From Alphaproteobacteria bacterium (GTDB lineage Bacteria; Pseudomonadota; Alphaproteobacteria; RF32; CAG-239), in the NCBI GenBank assembly GCA_045593845.1, contig JAZNXK010000011.1, positions 97,198 to 161,197 of the forward strand: a stretch of 64,000 nucleotides of DNA, in the 5' to 3' direction. Positions 22,072 through 33,529 of the stretch are shown here, in pieces. How positions within the stretch are numbered: position 1 is the first letter of the stretch; each line of letters starts with the position of its first letter. Both the position numbers and the translations under genes were made by a program. The notes beneath the pieces are model-generated. The model searched no databases. It saw only the letters and a program-made list of their open reading frames with translations, and was not told where the DNA came from.

Positions 22072-23157
22072 TTAAATTTTATTTACGCATTTGATGATTG
22101 AGCTGTCTCCATAGGAATAAAAACGATATTTTTTTTCAATGGCATGCTGATAAGCTTTTTTCATACGATCAATTCCGGCAATAGCACATACAAGCATGAA
22201 CAAAGTGGATTTGGGTAAGTGAAAGTTGGTTATTATCATATCAATAACCTTAAATTTGTAGCCCGGGGTGATGAATATGTTGGTGCTGTTTGCAAAAGGC
22301 TGAACGAATCCGTTGTTATCGGCTGAACTCTCCAATAATCTTAAGGAAGTTGTTCCGACAGCAATAATTCTTCTGCCTTCTCTTTTTGCCTTATTGATAA
22401 TGTCTGCTGCTTGCGGGGTGATTTCGCCATATTCGGCGTGCATTTTGTGGTCTTTTGTATCGTCAGTTTTGACAGGTAAAAAAGTTCCGGCTCCAACATG
22501 CAGAGTTATGAAAACTTTTTCGACTCCTTTTTCTTCGAGAGCCTTAAAAACTTGTTCGGTAAAATGCAGTCCGGCAGTGGGGGCGGCAACAGCTCCTTCA
22601 TAATGGGCATAAATAGTTTGATAATTTTCTTTGTCGTTATATTTATCCCAAATTCCGTCGGTTGTAGGTTTTTCTCTTTTTATATATGGAGGAAGAGGCA
22701 TCAAACCATATTTTTGCAGTTGAGTTGCCAATTCTTGTGCCGGACAGCAAAATTTGATGCGGACTCCATCTTCACCATTTTTTTCGATTACTTGAGCGGA
22801 AAAGTCGCTATTGTCAGGTGAAATAGAATCGGTATAAAATTTTATAATGTCACCATTATGCAGACGCTTGGAATTTTTGATAAAAGACCACCATTCAATC
22901 CCGTCAATCGGGCGGTATAGGGTTATTTCGACTTTGGCATCTCCTCTTGCTCCGTATAATCTGGCGGGAATAACTTTGGTGTCGTTAAAAACCAATAAAT
23001 CTCCTCTTTGCAAAAGGGAGGGCAAGTCATAAAAATGTCTGTCTGAAATTTGATTTTCGACACTTAAATCCAATAATTTTGAATGGTCGCGAGGGTTTGC
23101 CGGTTGAGAGGCAATCAGGTTACGGTCTAAATCAAAATCAAAAATATCCACTTGCAT
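22072..23157 (-). CDS. queA: S-adenosylmethionine:tRNA ribosyltransferase-isomerase
   Basis: MQVDIFDFDLDRNLIASQPA N-terminus with full-length similarity. Confidence 0.9.
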   Translation of the reverse strand: MQVDIFDFDLDRNLIASQPANPRDHSKLLDLSVENQISDRHFYDLPSLLQRGDLLVFNDTKVIPARLYGARGDAKVEITLYRPIDGIEWWSFIKNSKRLHNGDIIKFYTDSISPDNSDFSAQVIEKNGEDGVRIKFCCPAQELATQLQKYGLMPLPPYIKREKPTTDGIWDKYNDKENYQTIYAHYEGAVAAPTAGLHFTEQVFKALEEKGVEKVFITLHVGAGTFLPVKTDDTKDHKMHAEYGEITPQAADIINKAKREGRRIIAVGTTSLRLLESSADNNGFVQPFANSTNIFITPGYKFKVIDMIITNFHLPKSTLFMLVCAIAGIDRMKKAYQHAIEKKYRFYSYGDSSIIKCVNKI

Positions 23158-23226
23158 AGCTGTTTGTCCTTTTCTTTGCGCCTGTTATAGTATATAGATT
23201 TTATAATTGCAAGAATTATAAAGGAG

Positions 23227-24006
23227 ATGTCTATGTCAAAAGTAGTTACTATGATACCGGTAAGAATGGCCTCTACCAGATTGCCGAACAAGCCTTTGTT
23301 GGATATCAATGGAAAAAGCCTGTTGCAGCGTGTCTATGAGAATGTAAAGAAAACAGTGCCCGGTGATGTTTATGTGGCAGCAGGCGATCAGGTTATTGTT
23401 GATGAATGCCAAAAATTCGGGGCAAAGGCAATTTTGACGGATCCGAAATTGCCATCAGGAACAGATAGAATCGCTGCGGCCATGAAAGAGATTGATGCAG
23501 ATGGTTCAAAATATGATATTGTAGTTAACTTTCAGGGTGATGCAATCAATGTCAATCCGCAAATTAATAATGAGTTGATAGAAATTGTTGAAAAAAGCGG
23601 CTGTGATATTGCGACTGTCGGGATGATTTTTGATTCAAAAGAAGAAGTTGAGAGTCCGAACAATGTAAAAATTGTTATGGGTTTGAGAGAGGGGCAAAAA
23701 GAAGGCAGATGTTTATATTTTACGCGTGCGGCGGCACCTTTCATTCGCAATCCCGAAAAAGTGAAAAATCATGACTTTTATCATCATGTCGGAATTTATG
23801 TTTATAAGGCTTCATCTTTGAGAAAAATTGTTTCTTTGCCAGTTGGGGTTTTGGAGGAGCGCGAATCGCTTGAGCAATTGCGTGCTTTGGAAAACGGAAT
23901 GGTTATCAGAGCAAAGTTGGTTGATGAGCTAAAATTGAACAAGCAAGCTCCGGCAGATATTGACACAATGGAAGAGCTGGAAGAAGCTAGGAAGTATATA
24001 AGATAA
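23227..24006 (+). CDS. kdsB: 3-deoxy-manno-octulosonate cytidylyltransferase
   Basis: IPVRMASTRLPNKPL motif. Confidence 0.85.
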   Translation: MSMSKVVTMIPVRMASTRLPNKPLLDINGKSLLQRVYENVKKTVPGDVYVAAGDQVIVDECQKFGAKAILTDPKLPSGTDRIAAAMKEIDADGSKYDIVVNFQGDAINVNPQINNELIEIVEKSGCDIATVGMIFDSKEEVESPNNVKIVMGLREGQKEGRCLYFTRAAAPFIRNPEKVKNHDFYHHVGIYVYKASSLRKIVSLPVGVLEERESLEQLRALENGMVIRAKLVDELKLNKQAPADIDTMEELEEARKYIR

Positions 24007-24168
24007 GTCTTGTGTTGTTGTGAGAACAGTGAGCTCTTAGAAATCTTGGTTAAGATACCCTCTTAACCATATCTTTAATTTTTTCCCGTTCTATTTTTTC
24101 TAGACAAAAATATTTTTTTGTGATAAATTATGTTCAATAAAGTGGTTTAAACTATAAGGGGAAAGTAG

Positions 24169-25542
24169 ATGAGGCATGATAGAGAGAATATGTCTTCCAT
24201 TTTGCGTAAAGTGGAAAAAATTACAGAGGTAGCTGAGAGTGTTCTTAAGGAAAAGGATGTCGGGAAGGTTGTAGATTTTATTGATCTTTCTCCGGAAAAT
24301 GTTTTTGTGCTTAGTATTGTTGCACCTGCAGATGTTAAATTAGCAAATCAAATAGTTGCAGAATATAAGAAAAAACATCCTAATTGTTGTATGGATGACA
24401 TGATTTTTTCTGCGGTTAATATGGTTCTTGATGGAGGAGATACATATTATGAGAAGCGCAGAAAAAATTTGAGAGAAGAGCGTAATAAAATTGAGGAAAA
24501 CCGAAAAAAACTGCGAGAATGTTTAGAGGTTGCAAAAAAAAGAAGGATGAATGCTTATTTAGTTGGCGATGAAGAGGGAGTTAAAAAACAAGATTTAGTT
24601 ATCGCTGATATAAATAGTCTAAGAAATATAGATGATGGTATGGGGCGTGCTTGGAAAAATGATTTTTTGTATTCGTCAAAAATTAAAGAATTACGCGAGC
24701 AAAAAAGTAGTTTTGCAGCTTTTCTTCTGAGATCATTAAATTCTCCTGATGCTGAAGTTCTATCGAAAGAGGATCTTTTATCCTTATGTAGTCAAGGAAT
24801 AAGGGATACGTTTATATATGGGCAAGGTGTTAGTGGCAAAAGTGAAGAAGATCTTCGTAAATTTGATGCAAGCCATATGGAAGGTTATTTAGATTTGATT
24901 GACCCTGCATATTTGATAGAGGGTGTTACCAAGTGTGTTGATTCTTGTGTCTTGCCGCAGAATATAGAAAATTATGATTTTCTTGGAGAAGGAGCTGTTG
25001 TTCAAAGGGCTAATATGTCGCCTTTGTATCGGCATCTGGCTACTAAATATTCTGAGTGGCTTCTTCGAGAACAAAAGCCAGGTTTTTGTGTAATGGATGA
25101 CTTTTTACCGACAAGCTATTTAGTGAATTGGGATCTTGTATATACAAACGATCGAGAGAATGCCAAAGCAATTTTTAGTACGCTCAAAACTTCTTCAGAC
25201 ATTCAAAATTGGATAGAGTCATTTGATAAGATACCATTAGATGATTTTCTTGGAAAAGTTCCTGGATTGAAAGTGGATATTGAGGATTCTACAAGTCAAG
25301 TTTTTGCTCCTGCAGAGGCTGCTTTGAAATATGCGCAATGCCGTGAAAAATATTTTCCTGAGCAGTCTGTTGAAGAGTGTTTGAGCAAAACTTCGGGGTT
25401 GTGTTGTCCTGAATATAGAAGGGATAGTATGGACAATATGGCTATTGCATATGTTTTAAACAAAATAGTAAAATCTGAAACTCCGGAGCAAAATAAGCAA
25501 AGATCATTCACTAAGATAAGGGATAATGATGGCGGACGTTGA
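24169..25542 (+). CDS. orphan hypothetical protein (457 aa) with a coiled-coil segment, no recognisable domain
   Basis: A long ORF with its own upstream AT-rich region and a downstream bidirectional terminator. Confidence 0.5.
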   Translation: MRHDRENMSSILRKVEKITEVAESVLKEKDVGKVVDFIDLSPENVFVLSIVAPADVKLANQIVAEYKKKHPNCCMDDMIFSAVNMVLDGGDTYYEKRRKNLREERNKIEENRKKLRECLEVAKKRRMNAYLVGDEEGVKKQDLVIADINSLRNIDDGMGRAWKNDFLYSSKIKELREQKSSFAAFLLRSLNSPDAEVLSKEDLLSLCSQGIRDTFIYGQGVSGKSEEDLRKFDASHMEGYLDLIDPAYLIEGVTKCVDSCVLPQNIENYDFLGEGAVVQRANMSPLYRHLATKYSEWLLREQKPGFCVMDDFLPTSYLVNWDLVYTNDRENAKAIFSTLKTSSDIQNWIESFDKIPLDDFLGKVPGLKVDIEDSTSQVFAPAEAALKYAQCREKYFPEQSVEECLSKTSGLCCPEYRRDSMDNMAIAYVLNKIVKSETPEQNKQRSFTKIRDNDGGR

Positions 25543-25560
25543 TTTATCAATGCTAAAATA

Positions 25561-25596
25561 AAAAAATCCTCGGAAGTGATTCCGAGGATTTTTTGT
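25561..25596. terminator. bidirectional terminator (ATCCTCGGAA gtgat TCCGAGGAT + T-run)
   Basis: A perfect 10-bp stem between the convergent genes. Confidence 0.6.
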
Positions 25597-25608
25597 TGAA
25601 GCTGATTT

Positions 25609-26817
25609 TTATTTTTTCAGCACGGCGACGCCGGGGAGCTCTTTTCCTTCCATCCATTCAAGAAAACCACCGCCGGCTGTTGAAATATAAGAAAATTTGT
25701 CAGCAACTCCGGCATTGGCAAGAGCAGAAACAGTATCTCCGCCGCCGCCTACCGACATAAGTTTTCCGGCTTTTGTTAATTCTGCAGCGTGTTGAGCAAC
25801 TTTGTTGGTTGCGTTGTCAAAAGGTTTCATCTCAAACACACCGAGAGGTCCATTCCAAACAAGGGTTTTGCTTTCATCTAAATGAGAATTTATCAAAGCA
25901 ATGGTTTTTTCGCCGACGTCAAGCAGATTCCATCCTTCTGCGGGAATTTCATCAAGACCCACGGTTTTGTGTTCGGCATTAGGCTTAAATTCTTTGGAAA
26001 CAACAACATCTTCCGGCAATATAATTTCGCAACCATGAGCTTTTGCTGCCTGCATAATTTCTTTTGCGGTTTCAATCATATCCATTTGGACAAGAGAGTT
26101 GTTTTCGTTTACGGTATCAATACCGCTGGCTTTCATAAATGTATGAGCCATACCGCCGGAAATTACCAATTTATCGACTCTTTTGACCAAATTATTTAGC
26201 AAATCCAATTTTGTAGAAACTTTTGAGCCACCGACAATAGCAATCAATGGGCGAATCGGATTGGAAAGAGATTTTTCCAAAGCATTGACTTCTTCTTCCA
26301 TGAGACGTCCCATTGATGATGGTAACAATTTTACTGCAGCAACCATTGAAGCATGGGCGCGGTGAGCTGTTGAAAAAGCATCGGAAATATATACATCGGC
26401 CGGTGAGGTCAACTCTTTGGCAAAATTTTCATCACCTTTCTTTTCTTCATCATAAAAGCGCAGATTTTCAAGTAAAAGAATTTCGTCGTTGTTCATATTG
26501 GCAATAGCAGTTCTGACTTTTTCACCAGTGCAATCATCTACAAAAATAACTTTTTTACCTAATGATTTTTCTAAATTGGCAACAATGTGAGAAAGAGAAT
26601 TTTTCATATCGCCTTTGCCTTCGGGACGACCAAAGTGGGATATTACAACAACTTTTGCTCCTTTGCTCATCAATTCTTTGATTGTGGGAACAGTGCGGTC
26701 AATGCGGGCGGTGTTGGTAACATTAAAATTTTCATCCATCGGTACATTGAGGTCTGCACGCAGCATTGCCACTTTACCTTGTAAATTACCTAAATCATCA
26801 ATAGTTTTATAATTCAT
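25609..26817 (-). CDS. pgk: phosphoglycerate kinase
   Basis: Full-length similarity (402 aa). Confidence 0.95.
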   Translation of the reverse strand: MNYKTIDDLGNLQGKVAMLRADLNVPMDENFNVTNTARIDRTVPTIKELMSKGAKVVVISHFGRPEGKGDMKNSLSHIVANLEKSLGKKVIFVDDCTGEKVRTAIANMNNDEILLLENLRFYDEEKKGDENFAKELTSPADVYISDAFSTAHRAHASMVAAVKLLPSSMGRLMEEEVNALEKSLSNPIRPLIAIVGGSKVSTKLDLLNNLVKRVDKLVISGGMAHTFMKASGIDTVNENNSLVQMDMIETAKEIMQAAKAHGCEIILPEDVVVSKEFKPNAEHKTVGLDEIPAEGWNLLDVGEKTIALINSHLDESKTLVWNGPLGVFEMKPFDNATNKVAQHAAELTKAGKLMSVGGGGDTVSALANAGVADKFSYISTAGGGFLEWMEGKELPGVAVLKK

Positions 26818-26892
26818 ATAAGTATTCCTTCTTAAAAATAAAAATTATAAAAAGCGGCTGGAAATCCAACCGCTTTTTCAAAATATGCAAAA

Positions 26893-27903
<1,011 letters not shown>

Positions 27904-28001
27904 TTATTATCCTTCCATAGTAAAATTTATGCGGAACGCCCCGCACGAGCATTTTTTTCGCACTTAATTTAACACGAAATAAGTCTTTTTCAAGAATATT
28001 T

Positions 28002-28541
28002 TTAAGCTGACCACAGCTCCCAGTGAATTTTGTTTTTCTTAAAACGATCGTCCGGTTGAGGGGGTGTGTTTTGAGGGTAGCCAAGAACGATTATGGCAAC
28101 AGGGCGGATATGTTCCGGCAAATTAAAATATTCGGAAATTCCTTTTATAACCAAGGGCATGGGAGAGCAACCGCAAAAGCAACTGCCGATACTTTTGGAG
28201 TGTGCGGCAAGCATCAAGTTTTGGGCGGCCAGAGAGCAATCGATATCCGCGTAATCCCATTTTTCGCCGTCTTTGTCGCGACTGAAGGCTTCTTGCAAAT
28301 TTCCGCAAACAATAATCGCACAAGAGGCATCTTGAGCAAAAGATGTCCATCTTTGAAAATTGCGCAAATTTTTGAGTTTTTCTTTATCTTCTATTACCAA
28401 AAATTCCCAAGGTTGCATATTGTGTGCAGACGGGGCATATTGTGCGGCCTTGATAATTTCTTCTAAATCGGAGTGAGAGATTTTTTGTTCAGTAAATTGG
28501 CGAACAGAACGTCTGGTCAGTATGCCTTGATATAAATCCAT
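28002..28541 (-). CDS. nitroreductase family protein
   Basis: TRRSVRQF...APSAHNMQPWEF motif. Confidence 0.7.
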   Translation of the reverse strand: MDLYQGILTRRSVRQFTEQKISHSDLEEIIKAAQYAPSAHNMQPWEFLVIEDKEKLKNLRNFQRWTSFAQDASCAIIVCGNLQEAFSRDKDGEKWDYADIDCSLAAQNLMLAAHSKSIGSCFCGCSPMPLVIKGISEYFNLPEHIRPVAIIVLGYPQNTPPQPDDRFKKNKIHWELWSA

Positions 28542-28564
28542 GATTTTTTCCTTATATGTTAATG

Positions 28565-29167
28565 TTAATTTTTAGCAGTTTGTTCAGAAAAACGAGGTAA
28601 AACATAGTTTTCAATAATAAAAGCTATTGAGCGGTTAACCATTTTGTCGGTATGCAAAAGGGTTTTTAGCACATTGTCAAATTCCGAATCTTTAATATCT
28701 CGTTTTTCAAATTGACGATAGATATCGCACAAATCAGAAACGGAATCTATCATTTGTGCAATAAAAGCCGGAATTTTTATGTTATCTTGGCCGCCCCAAA
28801 AGCCTTCCAAATATCCGGCTTCAATTTGTTCGCAACGGTTGGAGCAAAATGTTTTTAAGTCGGATATTGTTTTTATTTTTTCTATGGGTAAAGAAATTTT
28901 GTTCAACATTACTTGTTCAAAAATCTCATCCCAAAGTCCCATAAAAAATTTGAAAAAAAGCTCTGCTTCTTCTTTTGTTTGCAGACGAGGTTCCTGTCCT
29001 TCTGCCCAAAGGGAAGAGATAACGTCAGTGGGGCGAAGGTTGAGGTTTGGACTGGATATTGCTCCGGCAAAACGGAGTTTTATAAGGTTTATGTCGGCAG
29101 GACAATGATAATGTTCGAGCATTTTTTTGAACTTATCATCACCAATATATTTATTTTGGCTTTGCAT
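28565..29167 (-). CDS. UPF0149 (YgfB-like) family protein; start set at MQSQ
   Basis: Loose similarity (LIKLRFAGAISSPNL...SLW). The longer upstream reading would overlap the next gene. Confidence 0.35.
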   Translation of the reverse strand: MQSQNKYIGDDKFKKMLEHYHCPADINLIKLRFAGAISSPNLNLRPTDVISSLWAEGQEPRLQTKEEAELFFKFFMGLWDEIFEQVMLNKISLPIEKIKTISDLKTFCSNRCEQIEAGYLEGFWGGQDNIKIPAFIAQMIDSVSDLCDIYRQFEKRDIKDSEFDNVLKTLLHTDKMVNRSIAFIIENYVLPRFSEQTAKN

Positions 29168-29225
29168 TTTAAACTTCTTTGTATATAAATTAACGATAGG
29201 TCTTAATTTAATGGAGATTTGAAAA

Positions 29226-29540
29226 TTGTCTAGGGGAAAAATAATTATATTTTTGTTGTTGCTGTGCGCGGTCAATGCTTGTTCACAGGTGGAGCCCTTT
29301 GTTGACAGCAGACGAGAAGCCGGCAGACCAAGAGAAAATTTGTATGTTGGGAGTTCTAAAAAAAATGCTCCAACAGTTTGCTATAATCCGTTGTGGACCG
29401 ATTTTGAAAAAGTTCAAAAAATGGCTGATGAAGTTTGTGTTAAGAATGATACGGGAACAAAAGCCGTTTTGGGTAGAAAAAATTATTTTTCCTGTGCATT
29501 GACCACACCGACAAAAGCATTTTTTAAATGTGAAAGATAA
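29226..29540 (+). CDS. small Cys-rich lipoprotein (TTG start; lipobox VNAC|S)
   Basis: Signal peptide IIIFLLLLCAVNACS and four further Cys. It abuts and overlaps the argS start. Confidence 0.35.
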   Translation: MSRGKIIIFLLLLCAVNACSQVEPFVDSRREAGRPRENLYVGSSKKNAPTVCYNPLWTDFEKVQKMADEVCVKNDTGTKAVLGRKNYFSCALTTPTKAFFKCER

Positions 29541-31275
29541 AGACATGGAACATACTTTATGTGAAAAAATTAGCAATAAAATTGCGAGAAAGTTCGAGGA
29601 ATTAAATTTAAACGAGAAATTTGCTTTTGCTAAAATATCCGATAGGCCTGATTTGAGTGATTTTCAATGTAATGCGGCATTGGCATTGGCAAAAGAAGAA
29701 AAGAAGAATCCACGCCAAATAGCAGAAGAAATTGCAGAAAAATTGCGTGAGGATGAAGATTTTGCTAAAGTTTCAGTTGATGGTCCTGGGTTCTTAAATT
29801 TTGTTTTAAGCGATGATTTTATTGCTTCTAATGTCAATGACCTTGTCGAAGATGAGAGATGCGGGTGCTCATTTGTTTCCGTTCCGAAAACTATTGTTTT
29901 GGATTACGGTGGACCTAATGTTGCTAAAGAAATGCATGTCGGACATTTGCGCTCCGGTGTTATTGGAGAATCGATAAGGAGGATTGAGCAGTTTGTCGGT
30001 AATAAAGTTATTGCGGATGTCCATCTCGGTGATTGGGGAACACCGATGGGAATGATTTTGGCGGAGATTATCGAAAAAGATGGTAATTGTGATAATATGA
30101 AAAATTATGATATTGCCGAAATTACAAAATTTTATAAACAAGCCAATATTCGTTGCAAAGAAGACGAAAAGGCAAAAGAGAAAGCAAGAATTGTAACTGC
30201 GGAACTGCAAAACGGAAATCCGGAATATACTAAAGCATGGAAATATATAAGAAAAATTTCAGTTGAGGCAATCAAAAATAATTATTTGGAGCTGGGTGTT
30301 AATTTTGATTTGTGGCTGGGAGAATCCGATGCTCATAAGACTTGTTTTGAAGTTGCGGAACTTGCAAAGCAAAAGGGATTGTTAGAGTTTGATGAAGGTG
30401 CATATATAATCAGATTAGATGAGGAGAATAAGCCCAAACCTCCGGTTATTATTGAAAAAACTGATGGCGGTTTTACTTATCAGGCTACAGATTTAGCTAC
30501 CATAAAAATGCGTGCCGAAACTTTGAAAGCCGATGAAATTGTTTATTTTACGGATAAGAGGCAGCAGTTGCATTTTGAACAAGTTTTTGAAGCGGCACAA
30601 AAGTTGAATATTGCGCCGGATGTTGTATTAAAACATATCGGTTTCGGAACGGTGAACGGCCCGGACGGAAAGCCTTTTAAGACCAGAGATGGTGGTGTTA
30701 TGCCTTTGGCAGATATGATTAAAATGTCAAAAGAAAAAGTTGCAGAATCGATGCCAAAAGCCGGTGATGAAAATGGTTTTTCTAAAGAAGAAATAGAAAA
30801 ATTGGTAAATCAGGTAACAATAGGTGCGATTAAATTTCAGGATTTAAAAAATAATATTGCTTCCGGGTATATTTTTGATTTGGAAGATTTTGCAAATTTT
30901 GAAGGAAAAACCGGACCATATGTTCAATATGCAGTCGCCAGAATTAATTCAATTTTGCGAAAAAATCCGGATTTGAGCGGAGGAAAAATTATCGTTACCA
31001 ACAAAGAAGAACGTGACTTGATGCTTAAATTGTTGCAGTTTGGGGCGATAGTTTTACGTTCGGAAGAAGAGAAGGAACCGAGTATTATATCCGAATATAT
31101 ATATAATTTGGCACAAATATTCAGTGTTTTTTATAATACTTCTTCCATTAAGAGCGCAGAAAGCAGGGAGATTGCCGGTTCACGATTGAGTTTGGCAAAA
31201 TTGACAAGAAATATTTTGGTAAAGGGACTTTGGTTGCTTGGAATCGAGGCGCCTGAAGTTATGCCCAAAGCTTGA
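29530..31275 (+). CDS. argS: arginine--tRNA ligase
   Basis: HIGH motif (MHVGHLRS), length and domain order. Confidence 0.9.
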   Translation: MKDKDMEHTLCEKISNKIARKFEELNLNEKFAFAKISDRPDLSDFQCNAALALAKEEKKNPRQIAEEIAEKLREDEDFAKVSVDGPGFLNFVLSDDFIASNVNDLVEDERCGCSFVSVPKTIVLDYGGPNVAKEMHVGHLRSGVIGESIRRIEQFVGNKVIADVHLGDWGTPMGMILAEIIEKDGNCDNMKNYDIAEITKFYKQANIRCKEDEKAKEKARIVTAELQNGNPEYTKAWKYIRKISVEAIKNNYLELGVNFDLWLGESDAHKTCFEVAELAKQKGLLEFDEGAYIIRLDEENKPKPPVIIEKTDGGFTYQATDLATIKMRAETLKADEIVYFTDKRQQLHFEQVFEAAQKLNIAPDVVLKHIGFGTVNGPDGKPFKTRDGGVMPLADMIKMSKEKVAESMPKAGDENGFSKEEIEKLVNQVTIGAIKFQDLKNNIASGYIFDLEDFANFEGKTGPYVQYAVARINSILRKNPDLSGGKIIVTNKEERDLMLKLLQFGAIVLRSEEEKEPSIISEYIYNLAQIFSVFYNTSSIKSAESREIAGSRLSLAKLTRNILVKGLWLLGIEAPEVMPKA

Positions 31276-31335
31276 GGGAAAATCTTTGTAAAAAAACAAG
31301 ATTGTATTATTATGGTTACGAAATAAGGAGAAAAA

Positions 31336-32052
31336 ATGTCGGATAAAGCAATGGCAGAGCCAATTTTGAAAATGGAAAACGTAAGTATGCGTTACGGTGA
31401 CGGACCAGAGATTTTGAGTAATATAAATTTGTCCTTACCCAGAGGTTCTTTCCATTTTTTGACAGGAAAAAGCGGCGCCGGAAAAACTTCATTATTAAGT
31501 TTGATGTATTTAGCTCAAAAGCCCAGCAGTGGTCGTATGAGTATTTTCGGGAATAATGTAAATTTTACTAACAGGTCGGCATTGGCTATGAGCAGAAGAA
31601 GGATTGGTGTTGTTTTTCAGGATTTTAGACTTTTAGACCATGTTTCGGCTTTTGATAATGTTGCTTTGCCTTTGCGTGTTTGCGGTATGAATGAGCGAGA
31701 GATCGGAGCGCGAGTTGGAGAACTTTTGAAATGGGTTGAGATAAAACGCAGCACCTTATCATTGACTTCTACACTTTCAGGCGGTGAAAAACAGAGAGTG
31801 GCAATTGCTCGTGCTGTTATTAACAGGCCTGATTTTTTGTTGGCGGATGAGCCGACAGGTAATGTGGATAGCGATATTGCCACAAAATTGATGAAATTGT
31901 TTGTTGAACTTAACAAGTTGGGAACGACAGTTGTAATTGCTACTCATAACGAAAATTTGATAAAAGAATTTCATTATCCGCAAATACATTTGCATAATCA
32001 CGGGGTAACAATAATTCCGGCAGAGAGAGGCATAAATGTTGCAAGAATTTAA
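31336..32052 (+). CDS. ftsE: cell division ATP-binding protein FtsE
   Basis: ABC ATPase with Walker A GKSGAGKTS and signature LSGGEKQR, followed by ftsX. Confidence 0.85.
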   Translation: MSDKAMAEPILKMENVSMRYGDGPEILSNINLSLPRGSFHFLTGKSGAGKTSLLSLMYLAQKPSSGRMSIFGNNVNFTNRSALAMSRRRIGVVFQDFRLLDHVSAFDNVALPLRVCGMNEREIGARVGELLKWVEIKRSTLSLTSTLSGGEKQRVAIARAVINRPDFLLADEPTGNVDSDIATKLMKLFVELNKLGTTVVIATHNENLIKEFHYPQIHLHNHGVTIIPAERGINVARI

Positions 32053-32950
32053 GAGTACAAAACACAGAGAGCTACCTCTTTCAAAAGACAGCTCTAATTT
32101 GTTTTTAAAAATTATGATTTCAATTTCTGTTTTTCTTTTTGCCGTTACTTTGGCAGGTGTCCTATCGGTTAATTCTATGTTGGTTAATTGGAATTATAGC
32201 ATTTTGGGTTCTTTGACGGTGCAAATTATTCCGATGAACAGTACGGACAGACAAAAAGCAATGGAAGAAACTTTGGAACAACAGCAAAAAGTTGTGGCTT
32301 TACTTGAAGCAATGCCCGAAGTAGAAAGAGTTGTGCCTTTGAGTGATAAACAGTTGCAAAAATTGCTCAATCCGTGGTTGGGTGATGACGTTAATATTGC
32401 GGATTTACCAATGCCGAGATTGGTGGATGTTAAGTTGAAAAAGGGTGCTGATATTGATTATGATATGTTGGCGGAAAAATTGGTAACTATTGCTCCGCAG
32501 GCCTCATTGGATAATCATAAATTATGGCTTAATAAATTGATAAATTTGGCTTCGGGATTAAAAATGTTGGCATTGTCAGTTTTGTTATTGGTTGTCGGTG
32601 TGACCTCCGGCGCAATATTTTATACAACTCAAACGAGTTTGGGGTTGCATAAGGACGTGATAGAAATATTGCATCTTATGGGAGCAAAAGATACATATAT
32701 TGCACAACAATATGCTTTTAGGACAGCGTGGTTAGGTTTTATAGGCGGAGTTATCGGTGTGGTTGTTGCGGTGCCGACAATTTTGCTGATTGCTAGAATG
32801 GCCCAACAAATTGAGGGCGGAATTATTAACGAGATGAGCTTGTCTCCGCAAGGGTGGATGGTGATTGTAAGTCTGCCTTTGTTTTCGGCTTTGATTGCAA
32901 TGCAGACTGCTTACTATACGGTAAAACATACGTTAGAGAGAATGATGTGA
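32036..32950 (+). CDS. ftsX: cell division permease FtsX
   Basis: TM1, a periplasmic loop and three C-terminal TMs; overlaps ftsE. Confidence 0.75.
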   Translation: MLQEFKSTKHRELPLSKDSSNLFLKIMISISVFLFAVTLAGVLSVNSMLVNWNYSILGSLTVQIIPMNSTDRQKAMEETLEQQQKVVALLEAMPEVERVVPLSDKQLQKLLNPWLGDDVNIADLPMPRLVDVKLKKGADIDYDMLAEKLVTIAPQASLDNHKLWLNKLINLASGLKMLALSVLLLVVGVTSGAIFYTTQTSLGLHKDVIEILHLMGAKDTYIAQQYAFRTAWLGFIGGVIGVVVAVPTILLIARMAQQIEGGIINEMSLSPQGWMVIVSLPLFSALIAMQTAYYTVKHTLERMM

Positions 32951-33528
32951 CTAAAAAAATTTGTGTTGTTTTATTGTTAGTGTTGTTGCTGTGGTTTGCA
33001 GGCTTTGTGCTTTTTATGCATAAGATTTATAATGTTCAAAATATTGAAAAAGGAAAGGCTGATGCGATTGTTGTGTTGACCGGCGGACGTAACAGATTGA
33101 GCGGTGCGGTGAGATTATTAAATTCGCAAAAAGCCGAAAAAATGTTTGTTTCAGGTGTGTTTAAGAATACATCAATTAAAGAATTGCAAAATCGCTCTGA
33201 TGTAGAATTTTTTAATTCGGAAAAAGTTGTTTTGGATAAGAAGTCGACCAATACGGTAGAAAATGCTATTGAAACGGCACAATGGATTGAACAATATAAT
33301 ATAAAGTCGATTTATTTGGTTACGTCAAATTATCATATGCCGAGGAGTATGATTGAATTTCATCATTATAATCCGAAATTAGAGATAATTCCATATCCGG
33401 TTTATTCCGATAAAGTTTCGCAACAATGGTGGAGAAACTGGGGCAGTTTTAAGCTGTTGCTCGGTGAGTATAATAAGTTTTTGTATGTCTTGTTCAGAGA
33501 CGGATTGAGTGTAAAAAAGGAGAACTGA
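32947..33528 (+). CDS. DUF218 (YdcF/ElyC/SanA) family membrane-anchored protein; GTG start overlapping the ftsX stop
   Basis: N-terminal TM, then VVLTGG...FVSGV motif. Confidence 0.45.
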   Translation: MTKKICVVLLLVLLLWFAGFVLFMHKIYNVQNIEKGKADAIVVLTGGRNRLSGAVRLLNSQKAEKMFVSGVFKNTSIKELQNRSDVEFFNSEKVVLDKKSTNTVENAIETAQWIEQYNIKSIYLVTSNYHMPRSMIEFHHYNPKLEIIPYPVYSDKVSQQWWRNWGSFKLLLGEYNKFLYVLFRDGLSVKKEN

Positions 33529-33529
33529 A

